The notes: a model not told the origin generated them from the letters alone. Positions 9,542 through 18,959 are shown, counted from the first letter of the stretch. The stretch: DNA of 24,233 nt from Meiothermus sp. (GCA_033762915.1 JANRLD010000092.1:1-24233); one strand, 5' to 3'. Numbers and translations: made by a program.

Positions 9542-10039
9542 TTACTCCTTAGAGCGGTTGTCGAAGGAGAAGACCGGGCCATTCCAGTCTTCGTTTTGCA
9601 TCTGCACCTCGGTGAATCGGCCCCGCGTGTGTTCCCCAATCACCCCGCGCCAAAAGGCCTTCCCAGGCAGGTTGGCCGCCATCACCCTAACCTCCCACTT
9701 CGCGGGCAGCAGACCCAAAACCACTCCGGCCACCTGTCGCCCAACGCCCTATCTGAGGTACTTTCGCAGCACGAAAAATTCCGTCAGGGAGCGCTGGCTG
9801 TCTTCCAGCACCACCTCGCCGTCGACGAGTACGAACCCCGCCAGCTTGCCGTCCACCCGGAGCACGAAGGCCGCGTGGGTGTCCTCGAACCAGAAGTAGT
9901 CGAGGTCGCCGTTGCCGAACACAGCGTGCTCATCCAGGTCCTCGCCACCGAACTCGGAGAGGTCGTGCAGGTACAGCTCCATCATCCGCCGGATCAGCCC
10001 TCGATCCATCCTCGAGGGCTTGTACAGTTCAACCGTCAT
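9542..10039 (-). pseudogene. GNAT acetyltransferase interrupted by one in-frame TAG at 9749-9751
   Basis: ATG at 10039 with a GGAGG SD. ORFs 9749..10108 and 9542..9733 are in the same frame and read ...EFFVLRKYLR*GVGRQVA...WEVRVMAANLPGKAFWRGVI, with the stop inside the acetyl-CoA-binding motif A. Confidence 0.85.
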
Positions 10040-10203
10040 GTCAACCTCCAAGGGCCGCGCCCCATAAACAAAAGGCGGGATTGTCCGGAATTGCTCGAGT
10101 CTAACCAATACGCCACCCAGCCCAGCTCAACGCTGGGCCTGCGGGGGGCAGAGTAAAGACCGTGACGCGCCCAGGATAGCTTGGCCTCCGCAGCTCTGGG
10201 CTT

Positions 10204-11565
10204 TCAGAGGCTCAGCAACAGCCGGGCCGCACTGAGGTAGACCAGCAACCCAGTGATGTCAGAAAGGGTGGCGATCAGGGGGTTGGAGATCAGGGCCGGG
10301 TCGAGGCCCAGCTTCTTGATGCCGATCGGCAGGAGCGCGCCCAGAATGTTGGTCACGGTGGTGAGCGCGATTAGCGAGCCCACCACCACCCACACGATCT
10401 CGGCGTGGCCGTCGAAGATGATCTTCAGTGAAAGCAACGCGGCCAGCGTCACGCCCAGCATCAGCCCCACCAGCGCCTCCCTGCCCAAGATGCGCCAAGA
10501 GTCGCGCCCGCGCACGTCACCCGTGGCCAGGGCCCGCACGATGAGCGTACTCGACTGGTTGCCGGTGTTACCGCCTGCGCCCAGCAGGATGGTGATGTAG
10601 AAGGTGAGGGCGGTGATGGCCTGGAGGGTAGCCTCAAAGCCCTCGAGGATGGTGGAGCTAAACATCGCTCCCACGATCAGGATCACCAGCCAGCGGATGC
10701 GTGCGCTCCACAGCACCCACACCGACGACTTGGAATAGACCAGTTCGGGGCTCTCCACGCCGCCCAACTTGTAGATGTCCTCGGTGGCCTCCTCCTCGAT
10801 CACGTCGATCACGTCGTCAATGGTGATGATGCCAACCAGGGTCTGGTGCTCGTCCACCACCGGCAGCACGGTGAAGTTGTAATCGGCCATCTTGCGGGCG
10901 ACCTCTTCCTGGTCGGTATCGTCGCGCACGAAGATCACATCGGGATTCATGATCTCCGAGACCTTGGTCTTGGGGTCGGCGATGATCAGGTCGCGCAAGC
11001 TGAGGGCCCCCTCGAGCTTCTCCGCTGCGTCCACCACGTAGATCACGTAGATCTGCTCGGCGTCGGGGGCCTCACGGCGCAGGAAGCGAAACACCTCCTC
11101 GACCCGCATCTGGTCGCGCACCGCAATGTACTCCGAGGTCATGATGCCGCCGGCCTCGTCCTCGTCGTACTCGGCGAGTTCCTCGACCTCGGCCCGCTTC
11201 TCGGGGTCGAGCTGCCGCAGAAGCGCCTCGGCCTGGGCCGGGTCTTCCTCCTCCACCGCGTTGATGGTGTCGGTCAGATCGTCGAGGGAGAGCTCGCCCA
11301 GTATTTCCCTAACCCGCCACGGCGGAAGGGCCTCGAGCAGCTCGGCCTGCTCAGCCTCCTCGAGGTGGCTGAACACGTCGGCGGCCTCGCTCGAGGGCAG
11401 TAGGGTGAGGATGGGGAGGCGGTGCTCCCGATCGAACTCGGGCCAGTACTCCAGGAGCTCCTGGGGGTGCAGCTCCCCCAGGGCCGCCCTGAGCCGCAGT
11501 GCGTCGGCCTCCTTGAGGGCCGTCCGGAGGTTTTGGATGGGGTTCTTAACTTCGGTATCCGGCAT
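10204..11565 (-). CDS. mgtE: Magnesium transporter MgtE
   Basis: Acidic N domain, AGGIMTSEY, two CBS domains, GIITIDDVIDV, EEATED, GGNTGNQS, LDPALISNPLIATLSD. Confidence 0.96.
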   Translation of the reverse strand: MPDTEVKNPIQNLRTALKEADALRLRAALGELHPQELLEYWPEFDREHRLPILTLLPSSEAADVFSHLEEAEQAELLEALPPWRVREILGELSLDDLTDTINAVEEEDPAQAEALLRQLDPEKRAEVEELAEYDEDEAGGIMTSEYIAVRDQMRVEEVFRFLRREAPDAEQIYVIYVVDAAEKLEGALSLRDLIIADPKTKVSEIMNPDVIFVRDDTDQEEVARKMADYNFTVLPVVDEHQTLVGIITIDDVIDVIEEEATEDIYKLGGVESPELVYSKSSVWVLWSARIRWLVILIVGAMFSSTILEGFEATLQAITALTFYITILLGAGGNTGNQSSTLIVRALATGDVRGRDSWRILGREALVGLMLGVTLAALLSLKIIFDGHAEIVWVVVGSLIALTTVTNILGALLPIGIKKLGLDPALISNPLIATLSDITGLLVYLSAARLLLSL

Positions 11566-11747
11566 GGACGACCTCCTTTGCCTGGCCTAGGCCACAGCGA
11601 AGGAAGCGCCGCAGGACAAACGGTTTTGTCGGGGTTTAGGTGGGAGTACCTGAAGGCACCGCACAGCCAAACCTTCGACTTGAACTGTTATCTTCCACGG
11701 TGCCTCCGCTGGTTGCAGTTCGCCCGCAAACCTCGGATAGCGTAGCA
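11566..11747 (-). promoter_or_regulatory. mgtE promoter and about 165-nt structured leader with SD-sequestering hairpin
   Basis: Minus-strand extended -10 TG-c-TACGCT (11747-11739). Anti-SD CTTCCTTCGC (11606-11597) pairs with GCAAAGGAGG (11581-11572) around the TGGCC-ta-GGCCA stem. Confidence 0.6.
11636..11698 (-). CDS. Putative mgtE leader peptide, 20 aa (MEDNSSSRRFGCAVPSGTPT)
   Basis: GGAGG SD (11707-11703) four bases before GTG 11698; TAA at 11638-11636; lies wholly inside the predicted leader. Confidence 0.4.
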   Translation of the reverse strand: MEDNSSSRRFGCAVPSGTPT

Positions 11748-11754
11748 TAGGCGC

Positions 11755-12237
11755 ATGGCCGAACGCGAGTACATTTACAAAGGCCGCATCATCAACGTGG
11801 CCAAAGAGGGCTACTACGAGGTCGTGGAGCACGCGCACGCGGTGGCGATATTGGTCGAGCGCGAGGGCAAGGTTCTGTTTGTGAGGCAGCACCGTCCGGC
11901 CATCGGGCTTGCGACCCTCGAGATCCCCGCCGGGCTGATTGACCCCGGCGAGACGCCCGCCGAGGCCGCGGGGCGCGAACTGGCCGAGGAGGCCCAGCTC
12001 GCCGGCGACCTCGAGTACCTCACCGGCTTTTACCTCTCCCCCGGCTTCTGCGACGAAAAACTGCATGTTTTCCGCGCCACCAACCTCCGCACCGCCTACG
12101 CCCGGCCTGACGACGACGAGGACATCGCCGTAGAGTGGCACGACCCCAGGCAGGTGCTTGCCGACTCGAGAGAGGGCAGGGTTGAAATCTCGGCCTCGGC
12201 GATGGCGGGGATCTTGTTTCACCTAGCCCAACGATAG
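11755..12237 (+). CDS. NUDIX hydrolase (ADP-ribose pyrophosphatase-like)
   Basis: Nudix box PAGLIDPGETPAEAAGRELAEEA, SPGFCDE; TAGCAT six bases before the ATG. Confidence 0.9.
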   Translation: MAEREYIYKGRIINVAKEGYYEVVEHAHAVAILVEREGKVLFVRQHRPAIGLATLEIPAGLIDPGETPAEAAGRELAEEAQLAGDLEYLTGFYLSPGFCDEKLHVFRATNLRTAYARPDDDEDIAVEWHDPRQVLADSREGRVEISASAMAGILFHLAQR

Positions 12238-12347
12238 AAAGCTGTGGAGGAAAAAAGGGAAACAGCCGCTGCGAACTGTGTAGGTTCCCTCTCCTGGTTG
12301 TCTTTCCTCCCGAACACTCCACCTCTGCACTCTCCCCTCACCCCACC

Positions 12348-13247
12348 ATGCTCTTAATCAACGACCCCTCCGACGCACCCGCCGGCCCCAAAGTCATCGC
12401 TATCGGGAGTTTTGACGGCCTACACCTCGGGCACCAGCACCTCATTGGCATGGCGCAGACCGCGGCAAGGTCGCAGCACCTTCCGCTGCTGCTGTATACC
12501 TTCGACCCGCCCAGCAAGGTATTCATCAAGGGCGAGGGCTTCCTGACCGACCTCACCGAGAAGATCGAGGTGCTGCGCGGTCTGGGCATCGAGCTGGCCC
12601 TGATTGTGCCCTTCAACGAGGCCTTCTCAAGGCGCTCTAAGGACGACTTCCTGGGGGACCTGCGCGGCCTCGAAGCGGTGCAAATCTTCGTCGGCGAGGA
12701 CTTCAGGTTCGGCCAAGGTCGCTCGGGAAGCCTCGAGGACTTGAACTCGGTCGCCCCCACCCAAATCCTGCCGCTGCTGGAGATCGACGGCAGCGCCGTG
12801 AAGTCCAGCCGCATCCGTGAACTGCTGCGCGAAGGCGCGGTGGGCGAGGCCGCCCGGCTGCTGGGCCGGCCCTACGGGGCGCGGGGCATCGTGCGCGAGG
12901 GAGACAAGCTGGGGCGGCAGTTGGGATTCCCGACGGCCAACCTCGAGGTGGCTTCCCACAAAATCCTGCCGTTGGGGGTCTACGCGGTGCGCGTCAACGG
13001 CCCACAGGGGCGCTTTGCGGGCGTCGCCAACATCGGGTATCGCCCCACCGTCAGCAGCACGTCCTTGGACGGAAGAATGCTGCGATTTGAGGTGCATTTG
13101 TTCGACTTTTCCGGCGACCTGTACTCTCAGGAGCTTGACGTGGAGTTCATTGCCTACGTTCGCGGCGAGAAGAAGTTCGGGGGGCTCGAAGAACTCAAGG
13201 CCCAGATCGCCACAGACGCGGCCACGGCTCGGTCCATCCTCGGGTAG
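12348..13247 (+). CDS. ribF: Bifunctional riboflavin kinase / FAD synthetase
   Basis: IGSFDGLHLGHQ, TFDPP, VGEDFRFG, SSRIRELL, GRQLGFPTAN, NIGYRPT, EVHLFDF, RGEKKF. Confidence 0.96.
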   Translation: MLLINDPSDAPAGPKVIAIGSFDGLHLGHQHLIGMAQTAARSQHLPLLLYTFDPPSKVFIKGEGFLTDLTEKIEVLRGLGIELALIVPFNEAFSRRSKDDFLGDLRGLEAVQIFVGEDFRFGQGRSGSLEDLNSVAPTQILPLLEIDGSAVKSSRIRELLREGAVGEAARLLGRPYGARGIVREGDKLGRQLGFPTANLEVASHKILPLGVYAVRVNGPQGRFAGVANIGYRPTVSSTSLDGRMLRFEVHLFDFSGDLYSQELDVEFIAYVRGEKKFGGLEELKAQIATDAATARSILG

Positions 13248-13335
13248 CGGCTGTCAGAACTGCGCGCTCGAGCTCCCATCATTGACATGCAGCAGTTGTG
13301 TATAATGTGTGATTGACTCACAGGAGAGTCCATCT

Positions 13336-14196
13336 ATGCTAAGCCTGGCAGCGAACGGCATCCCCGCGCTGTACGAACTGTTGTACAACTACGACCTCCC
13401 CCTCGAGTTCATCAAGTGTCCGCTCTCGCCGGACAGCCGGGGCGAGGTGGAACGGGCACGGCAGTACCTACCGGTGGTGCTTCACGGCTGGGGGCCACCC
13501 GACTACTCGATCTGCAGCCCCTCTGTGCCCGAACCCGAACTGCTACAAGAGCTGGCCGAAAAGAGCGGCACCCCTTTCGTCTCGGCTCACCTCGACTACA
13601 CCCCCGAACGCGACGGCGACATGGGCCGGGGGCCGCTGCTCGAGCGCATCGTCAACAACGTGGAGGAACTCAAGCGCCTTACCGGCAAAGAGGTGCTGCT
13701 GGAGAATGTCCCCTGGTACGCCCACCGCAGCCGGCCGCGCTACACCACCGACCCCGAGTTCTTCGCCGAGGCCCTCGAGATCGCCGGGGCCTGGCTGCTC
13801 CTCGACCTCTCCCACGCCACTGTGGCGGCGTGGCACCGCCACGAGGATGCCGGCGATTACGTCGGACGGATGCCCCTGGAGCGCGCCCTCGAGATCCACG
13901 TCTCCGGCCCCCGCGAGACCGAAGCCGGCCTCAACGACTGGCATATGCCCCTGCGCGAGTCGGACTACCTCCTGCTCGAGCAGACCCTCCGGCAGACCCC
14001 CAGCGTGAAGGTGCTGACCCTCGAGTACATGATCCGCGAGAAGACCACCCTGATGTTCCGCGAGCCCGAAGGCCCGGCGGTGATGCTGCAACAGGTCATG
14101 CGCCTAGACGAGCTACGCCGCCGCTTCAATCACAGGGCGAAACCAGCTCCCGAATCATCCCCAGGTGCTGCCGCGCCGCCGTCTCGCCTTCCTTGA
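13336..14196 (+). CDS. DUF692 family multinuclear non-heme iron oxidative enzyme (MNIO)-like TIM barrel
   Basis: Ordered motifs LHG, SAHL, LLENVP, LLLDLSH, EIHVSG, DWH, LEY mirror the DUF692 HG/SEHL/LLEN/LLD/EIHLAG/DTH/LE pattern. SD AGGAGA at 13322-13327 favours ATG 13336; TATAAT at 13301-13306. Confidence 0.75.
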   Translation: MLSLAANGIPALYELLYNYDLPLEFIKCPLSPDSRGEVERARQYLPVVLHGWGPPDYSICSPSVPEPELLQELAEKSGTPFVSAHLDYTPERDGDMGRGPLLERIVNNVEELKRLTGKEVLLENVPWYAHRSRPRYTTDPEFFAEALEIAGAWLLLDLSHATVAAWHRHEDAGDYVGRMPLERALEIHVSGPRETEAGLNDWHMPLRESDYLLLEQTLRQTPSVKVLTLEYMIREKTTLMFREPEGPAVMLQQVMRLDELRRRFNHRAKPAPESSPGAAAPPSRLP

Positions 14197-14953
14197 TGGC
14201 CTGCTCGAGGCGGTCGAAGCTGAACAACCCAATGCCGCCCAGCGACGGGCGGATCAGCACATCGGGCCGGGAGACCGCGAGCTTCACCTCGGCCAGCCGA
14301 ATCTGCATGATTTCAAAGGCCCGGTAGACGTTGTGGATGGGGTTGACCTCGAGGCCGCGCCGGAACACCTGGTCCCACCAGCTCCTCTGATGGGGCCGGT
14401 CCTTGAGCACCTCCAGAGGCGTCACGTCCACCGCGACCACCCGCTCAGTGCCCAGAAAGCGCACCAGGTCAACGGGAATCTGGTTGAGGATACCGCCGTC
14501 GGCCAGCAGCTGGACCCCCACCCAGATCGGGTTTATGGCCCCGGGGTAGGCGATGGAGGCACGGATGGCCTCAAAGGTGTCGCCCTGGCGGAAGTAGACC
14601 TCGTTGCCGGTGATCAGGTCGGTGGCGGTGATGCCGAAGGGAATTGGAAAGTCCTCGAGTCTGCGCGGCACATGGGGCTCGAGCAGGCGGACCAGTTCGC
14701 CGTAGTTGAGCAGGTCGCCCAGGGGGTTGAGGTCCAGAAAGCGCCACACCGAGGTATTGGCCAGAAGCTCCTGCACTTTGTCGGCCGAGTGACCGGCGGC
14801 GAACATTGCGCCCATCAGGCTGCCCATGCTGGTGCCGGCGATCGCCCCGGGATGAAAACCCTCCTGCTGCAGCGCCCGCACCACCCCGATGTGGGCGTAT
14901 CCCCTGGCCCCGCCGCCGCCCAGCGCCAGCCCGAACCGCCTCTGCTCTGCCAT
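14126..14953 (-). CDS. Patatin-like phospholipase
   Basis: LALGGGGARG, GTSMG nucleophile elbow, ASIAYPG, DGG; TAAGCT five bases before ATG 14953. Confidence 0.92.
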   Translation of the reverse strand: MAEQRRFGLALGGGGARGYAHIGVVRALQQEGFHPGAIAGTSMGSLMGAMFAAGHSADKVQELLANTSVWRFLDLNPLGDLLNYGELVRLLEPHVPRRLEDFPIPFGITATDLITGNEVYFRQGDTFEAIRASIAYPGAINPIWVGVQLLADGGILNQIPVDLVRFLGTERVVAVDVTPLEVLKDRPHQRSWWDQVFRRGLEVNPIHNVYRAFEIMQIRLAEVKLAVSRPDVLIRPSLGGIGLFSFDRLEQAIKEGETAARQHLGMIRELVSPCD

Positions 14954-14961
14954 GGCCCAGC

Positions 14962-15702
14962 TTACCGCCGGACCGGCTCGAGCCACCACCCCACCACGTC
15001 AATCGAGCGGGTGAAGTGGAGCAAAGGCGGTGTGGGGGGAAGATCGAGGGCCAGGGGCGCGGTCATGGTGTTGTGGGCGATCTCGGCCCATGCCGGCTGG
15101 AGGGGCCAGGGGGCGTGGTGGATGTGGCCCCGCCAAAGCCGCCCCTTGGCGTCGGCGCTGTAGAGGCAGTAGCGCTCGGTCAGCCAGTGCTCGAGGCTGC
15201 CGTTCTGGCTCCCATAGACCGGACCGCCGGGGCCGTATCGCCCCTCGAAGCGGGCCGGCCCCTCGCCCTTGTGGGTGCGTCGGCTCGAGTACTCGATCGC
15301 CTCTCCGGTGTTGGCACAGCGCATGGCGGCGTCCATATAGGGCAGGTGGAAGAGGGCACGGGCCAGCCGCACCGCGACCGGCTGCGCGGCCTCGAGGCTG
15401 AAAAACCACACCCCGTCCAGGCCCCCGGCGCTGACGTAGGTGCGCACGTTCAGCTCGGGGAAGGCCGAGAGTCCCGGCACCGGCGGCACTAGGCGGGGGC
15501 GGACATCCTCCATGCGGAAGGGCACCACCCCGACCCAGGCGGTGCATCCGAATGTCTGAAGCTCCAGACCCTCGGGGATAAATGGCCGGAGGCTCGAGGC
15601 CGGAACAGGCCAGTGGGCAAACAGCAGGTCGCACCAGCGCATGTGCATCACCCAGGGCGCGGAGGGAGGCGGCCAGGGCCGGTGGGCGAGTTCGCGCAGC
15701 AT
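14962..15702 (-). CDS. DUF2071 (YqjF-like) protein
   Basis: HRPWP, WCDLLFAHWPV, FPELNVRTYV, GVWFFSL, WLTERYCLY, IHHAPWPLQ; TAGACT six bases before the ATG. Confidence 0.85.
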   Translation of the reverse strand: MLRELAHRPWPPPSAPWVMHMRWCDLLFAHWPVPASSLRPFIPEGLELQTFGCTAWVGVVPFRMEDVRPRLVPPVPGLSAFPELNVRTYVSAGGLDGVWFFSLEAAQPVAVRLARALFHLPYMDAAMRCANTGEAIEYSSRRTHKGEGPARFEGRYGPGGPVYGSQNGSLEHWLTERYCLYSADAKGRLWRGHIHHAPWPLQPAWAEIAHNTMTAPLALDLPPTPPLLHFTRSIDVVGWWLEPVRR

Positions 15703-15729
15703 CGCCGCAGTCTACCCCGCGCCCCGGAC

Positions 15730-16137
15730 TTAGGCGGCGTCGAGGAATCGGCGGCGCAGCTCCGGGGTAGGGATCATGCAGCTGTCGCGCTTGCCAAATA
15801 GCTTATAGCGGTTTTTGGCGATCAGGCGGTAGCCCCAGTCGCGCAGCCCCTTGGGCAAGAACCACAGCACGGCGGGAATGCTCCAGACTCCGCCCAGGCG
15901 GTAAAGGATGTGAAAGGCGGCGTCCGACTCGAGCCAAACCTTGTCCCCCTCAACCACCACCACGCTTTCGGCCAGGGCGTCCTGGCCCAGCAGGCCGTGC
16001 GCCCCCAGCAGCCGCTGCCCTGCCGCCGACTGCTGCGAGGCGAACTGGAAGCGCTCGGCCTTGTCATGGCGGAGGATGAACTGCACGGTGGAGTTGCAGA
16101 GGTTGCACACGCCGTCGAAGAGCACCACCGTTTTCAT
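15730..16137 (-). CDS. DCC1-like / DUF393 thiol-disulfide oxidoreductase
   Basis: VLFDGVCNLC, FASQQS, RDWGYRLIAKNRYKLFG, C-terminal CMIP..RRRF. Confidence 0.9.
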   Translation of the reverse strand: MKTVVLFDGVCNLCNSTVQFILRHDKAERFQFASQQSAAGQRLLGAHGLLGQDALAESVVVVEGDKVWLESDAAFHILYRLGGVWSIPAVLWFLPKGLRDWGYRLIAKNRYKLFGKRDSCMIPTPELRRRFLDAA

Positions 16138-16411
16138 AAGTTAAGGGTACTCTGATCGGCCCCTGGGAATGGTGTCCGAACCCAGGCAATTTTGATAAAC
16201 CCGAGCATCCCTGGCAGGACACAAACTTGACCTATCAAGTAAAAGAGTGCCCTACGGGATCTGCCACGACTGAAAGGCGGGTCCGATATTGCTCCGGTAT
16301 GGAAGTGCCATATCTTCGCCCCAACCTCCTTTCCAGCCGGATGGTAGCGCGGGGATCGGCCTGTAACAACCGGAACAGTATCCGCCCAATCGGGTGGCGT
16401 AGAGTGGATTC

Positions 16412-18691
16412 ATGTCCGCCGCAACGCACCCGGAAAACCGCTACATCGGCAAGCCCCTCAAGCGTCTGGAAGACCCCAAGTTTATCACCGGGGCCGGCGC
16501 CTACCTCGAGGACATCACCCCCGAAAACACCCTGCGGCTGGCGCTACTGCGCTCGCCCTACGCCCACGCCGAGTTGGGCGGCGTGGACGCCTCCGAGGCC
16601 CTCAAACTGCCCGGCGTGGTGGCGGTATTCACCGCCGCCGACGTCCCCGAAATCCGACTCCCCGCCTCGGCCAGCCGCGACGTCAAGGTCGCCGCCCACC
16701 TGATGTTAGCCACCGACCGTGTGCGCTACGCGGGCGAGCCGGTGGCAGCGGTGCTGGCGAGCTCGGCGGCGGCCGCCGAAGATGCACTGGGGCTGATTTC
16801 CGTGGATTACCAGCCGCTGCCGGCGGTGGCCGAGGTGCTCGAGGCCGCCACCGACCAGCACCTCCTTCACCCGTCGCTGGGAACCAACATTGCCCAGAGC
16901 CGCAAAAGCAGCGCCGACGCCTCCGAGCCCTTTGCCCAGGCCCACACGGTGGTGGGGGCACGGATGGTGCAGCAGCGGGTGGCAGGCAACCCCCTCGAGG
17001 GGCGCGGCGTGCTGGCGACCTGGGACGGAGCGCGCGGAACCCTGACCGTCTATAGCTCCACCCAGTCGCCACACGACCTGCGCTCTTATCTGGCGGGGGC
17101 GCTCGAGCTGGCCGAGAACCAGGTGCGCGTCATCGCGCCCGACGTGGGCGGCGCCTTCGGGGTCAAGATTCACCCCTACCCCGAGGACTTCCTGGTGGCC
17201 TATTTGGCCAGGCGCACCGGCAGGCCGGTGAAGTGGATTGAGGGGCGCTCAGAGAGCTTCCTGGCCACCAGCCCGGGGCGGGCGCAGGTGGCCGACCTCG
17301 AGATGGCCTTCGACGCCGAGGGCAAGATTCTGGGGCTACGGGGCCGGGTAGTAGCGGATGTGGGGGCCTACGGGCTCGACTCCACCTTCGGCAATGCCCC
17401 CGGCACTGTCTTGATGCTGCAAGGGCCCTACGAGATTCCAGTGGTGCAGGCCGACCTGCTCATGGTCTACACCAACGCCACCCCCACCGGGGCCTACCGG
17501 GGTGCGGGCCGCCCTGAGGCCACCTACTACCTCGAGCGCCTCCTGGACATGGGGGCACGGGCCTTGAGGCTCGACCCCGCCGAACTCCGCAGGCGAAACT
17601 TCATCGGCGGGCCATTCCCCTACACCACCCGCACCAAGGCCAAGTACGACTCCGGCGACTACCCCAAGACCCTCGAGCGGCTGCTCGAGGTCGCCAACTA
17701 TCCCGCCCTCCGGGCCCAGCAGGCCCAGGCCAGGGCCGAGGGGCGCCTGGTGGGGCTGGGCTTCTGCACCTACGTCGAGATCACCGGCTTCGGCTGGGAG
17801 ACCGGCGGGGTGCGGGTCAACGCCGACGGCAGCGCAGTGGTGTTCACCGGCACCTCTCCGCACGGGCAGGGCGCGGCCACCAGCTTCGCTCAGATCGTGG
17901 CGGAGAAGCTGGGGGTCGAGTTCGAGCGGGTGCAGCTCGTTCACGGCGACACCACGGCGGTGCCGTTCGGAATGGGGACCATGGGGAGCCGCACCCTGCA
18001 CGTGGGCGGCTCGGCGGTACTGAAGGCCAGCGACGGCGTGCGCGAGAAGATGCTGAGGATCGCCGCGCACCTCCTCGAGGCCGCCCCCGAGGACGTCGAG
18101 CTGACCGAGAAGGGCTGGGCGGTGCGCGGCGTGCCCGACAAGGCGGTCTCGACTGCCGACATCGCCCAAGCCGCCTACAACCCGCGCAAGCTGCCCCAGG
18201 GCCTGGACCCCGGCCTCGAGGGCCAGGCCAGCTTCACCCTCAAGGACGCCACCTTCCCCTTCGGCGCGCACCTGGTGATGCTCGAGGTCGATCCGGAGAC
18301 CGGGCAGGTCCGGCTGCTAAGGCACGTCTCGGTGGACGACGCGGGCAACATCGTCAACCCGCTGCTGTTCGAAGGCCAGCAGCACGGCGGGGTGGCGCAG
18401 GGCATCGGCCAGGCCCTCTTGGAAGGGGTAGCGTTCGACGCCGAAGGCCAAAACCTCACCGCCTCGCTGCTGAACTACACCCTCCCCCGGGCGGGCGACC
18501 TGATCGGCATGGAGGTTTACCACAACCAAACCACCACCACCACCAACCCTTTGGGCGCAAAGGGCATCGGGGAGGCGGGCACCATCGGGGCCACCCCGGC
18601 GGCGGTGAACGCGGTGTTGGATGCGCTGGGGGTCGAACACCTGGACATGCCCCTGACCCCCGAGAAGGTATGGCGTGCCATCCAGCGTTGA
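16412..18691 (+). CDS. Xanthine dehydrogenase family molybdopterin-binding subunit (form II CoxL-like)
   Basis: [65 protein letters not shown]. Confidence 0.93.
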   Translation: MSAATHPENRYIGKPLKRLEDPKFITGAGAYLEDITPENTLRLALLRSPYAHAELGGVDASEALKLPGVVAVFTAADVPEIRLPASASRDVKVAAHLMLATDRVRYAGEPVAAVLASSAAAAEDALGLISVDYQPLPAVAEVLEAATDQHLLHPSLGTNIAQSRKSSADASEPFAQAHTVVGARMVQQRVAGNPLEGRGVLATWDGARGTLTVYSSTQSPHDLRSYLAGALELAENQVRVIAPDVGGAFGVKIHPYPEDFLVAYLARRTGRPVKWIEGRSESFLATSPGRAQVADLEMAFDAEGKILGLRGRVVADVGAYGLDSTFGNAPGTVLMLQGPYEIPVVQADLLMVYTNATPTGAYRGAGRPEATYYLERLLDMGARALRLDPAELRRRNFIGGPFPYTTRTKAKYDSGDYPKTLERLLEVANYPALRAQQAQARAEGRLVGLGFCTYVEITGFGWETGGVRVNADGSAVVFTGTSPHGQGAATSFAQIVAEKLGVEFERVQLVHGDTTAVPFGMGTMGSRTLHVGGSAVLKASDGVREKMLRIAAHLLEAAPEDVELTEKGWAVRGVPDKAVSTADIAQAAYNPRKLPQGLDPGLEGQASFTLKDATFPFGAHLVMLEVDPETGQVRLLRHVSVDDAGNIVNPLLFEGQQHGGVAQGIGQALLEGVAFDAEGQNLTASLLNYTLPRAGDLIGMEVYHNQTTTTTNPLGAKGIGEAGTIGATPAAVNAVLDALGVEHLDMPLTPEKVWRAIQR

Positions 18692-18911
18692 GGCCCGCCA
18701 GCCGTCCGGGCCGTAGTCGGTATGTTGTCGGGGGGATGGGCTCGAGTGCAGAACTGCATGGGGTCTGGGCGGTGAACCCAAATAGAGTCCCCAGGTTTGA
18801 ACGCCGGCATTCCGCCCCGCAACGCCCGCCGGGCGCGTAGCGGCGGCGTTCGCCAGCCTCGCAGATCTACCCTCCGCAACTGAAGGCTGTGAAGGCATAG
18901 CCGGCGCAAAC

Positions 18912-18940
18912 AAAAAACCGGGGTGCTAGTCCCCGGTTTT
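18912..18940. terminator. Bidirectional intrinsic terminator (original tRNA terminator)
   Basis: AAAAAACCGGGG-tgctagt-CCCCGGTTTT, lying just downstream of the tRNA fragment on the minus strand. Confidence 0.85.
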
Positions 18941-18959
18941 GCCGTTCCTGATGACGCTT

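Noticed and set aside
11580..11735. Canonical M-box (ykoK) riboswitch
   Set aside because: I could not find the conserved M-box blocks (e.g. UAGGUGAGG, UGCCC..AAA, CUAAAGCUC) by eye; reported instead as an unclassified leader.
12247..12310. FMN riboswitch upstream of ribF
   Set aside because: There is a long hairpin (GGAGGAAA...TTTCCTCC) but none of the RFN consensus, and the gap is too short.
13282..13306. Perfect TTGACA / TATAAT sigma-70 pair
   Set aside because: The spacer is only 13 bp, so the two hexamers cannot form one canonical promoter; only the -10 is accepted.
13287..13316. Mini-ORF MQQLCIMCD with CxxC directly upstream of DUF692, as a RiPP precursor
   Set aside because: Nine codons, no SD, overlaps the probable -10 box and is too short for a leader plus core. 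It would be worth revisiting only if conserved upstream of homologues.
16138..16411. Moco riboswitch upstream of the molybdoenzyme gene
   Set aside because: The only resemblance (TGGAAAGGAG) is on the wrong strand, the GCCUCCCG block is absent, and the gene looks leaderless.
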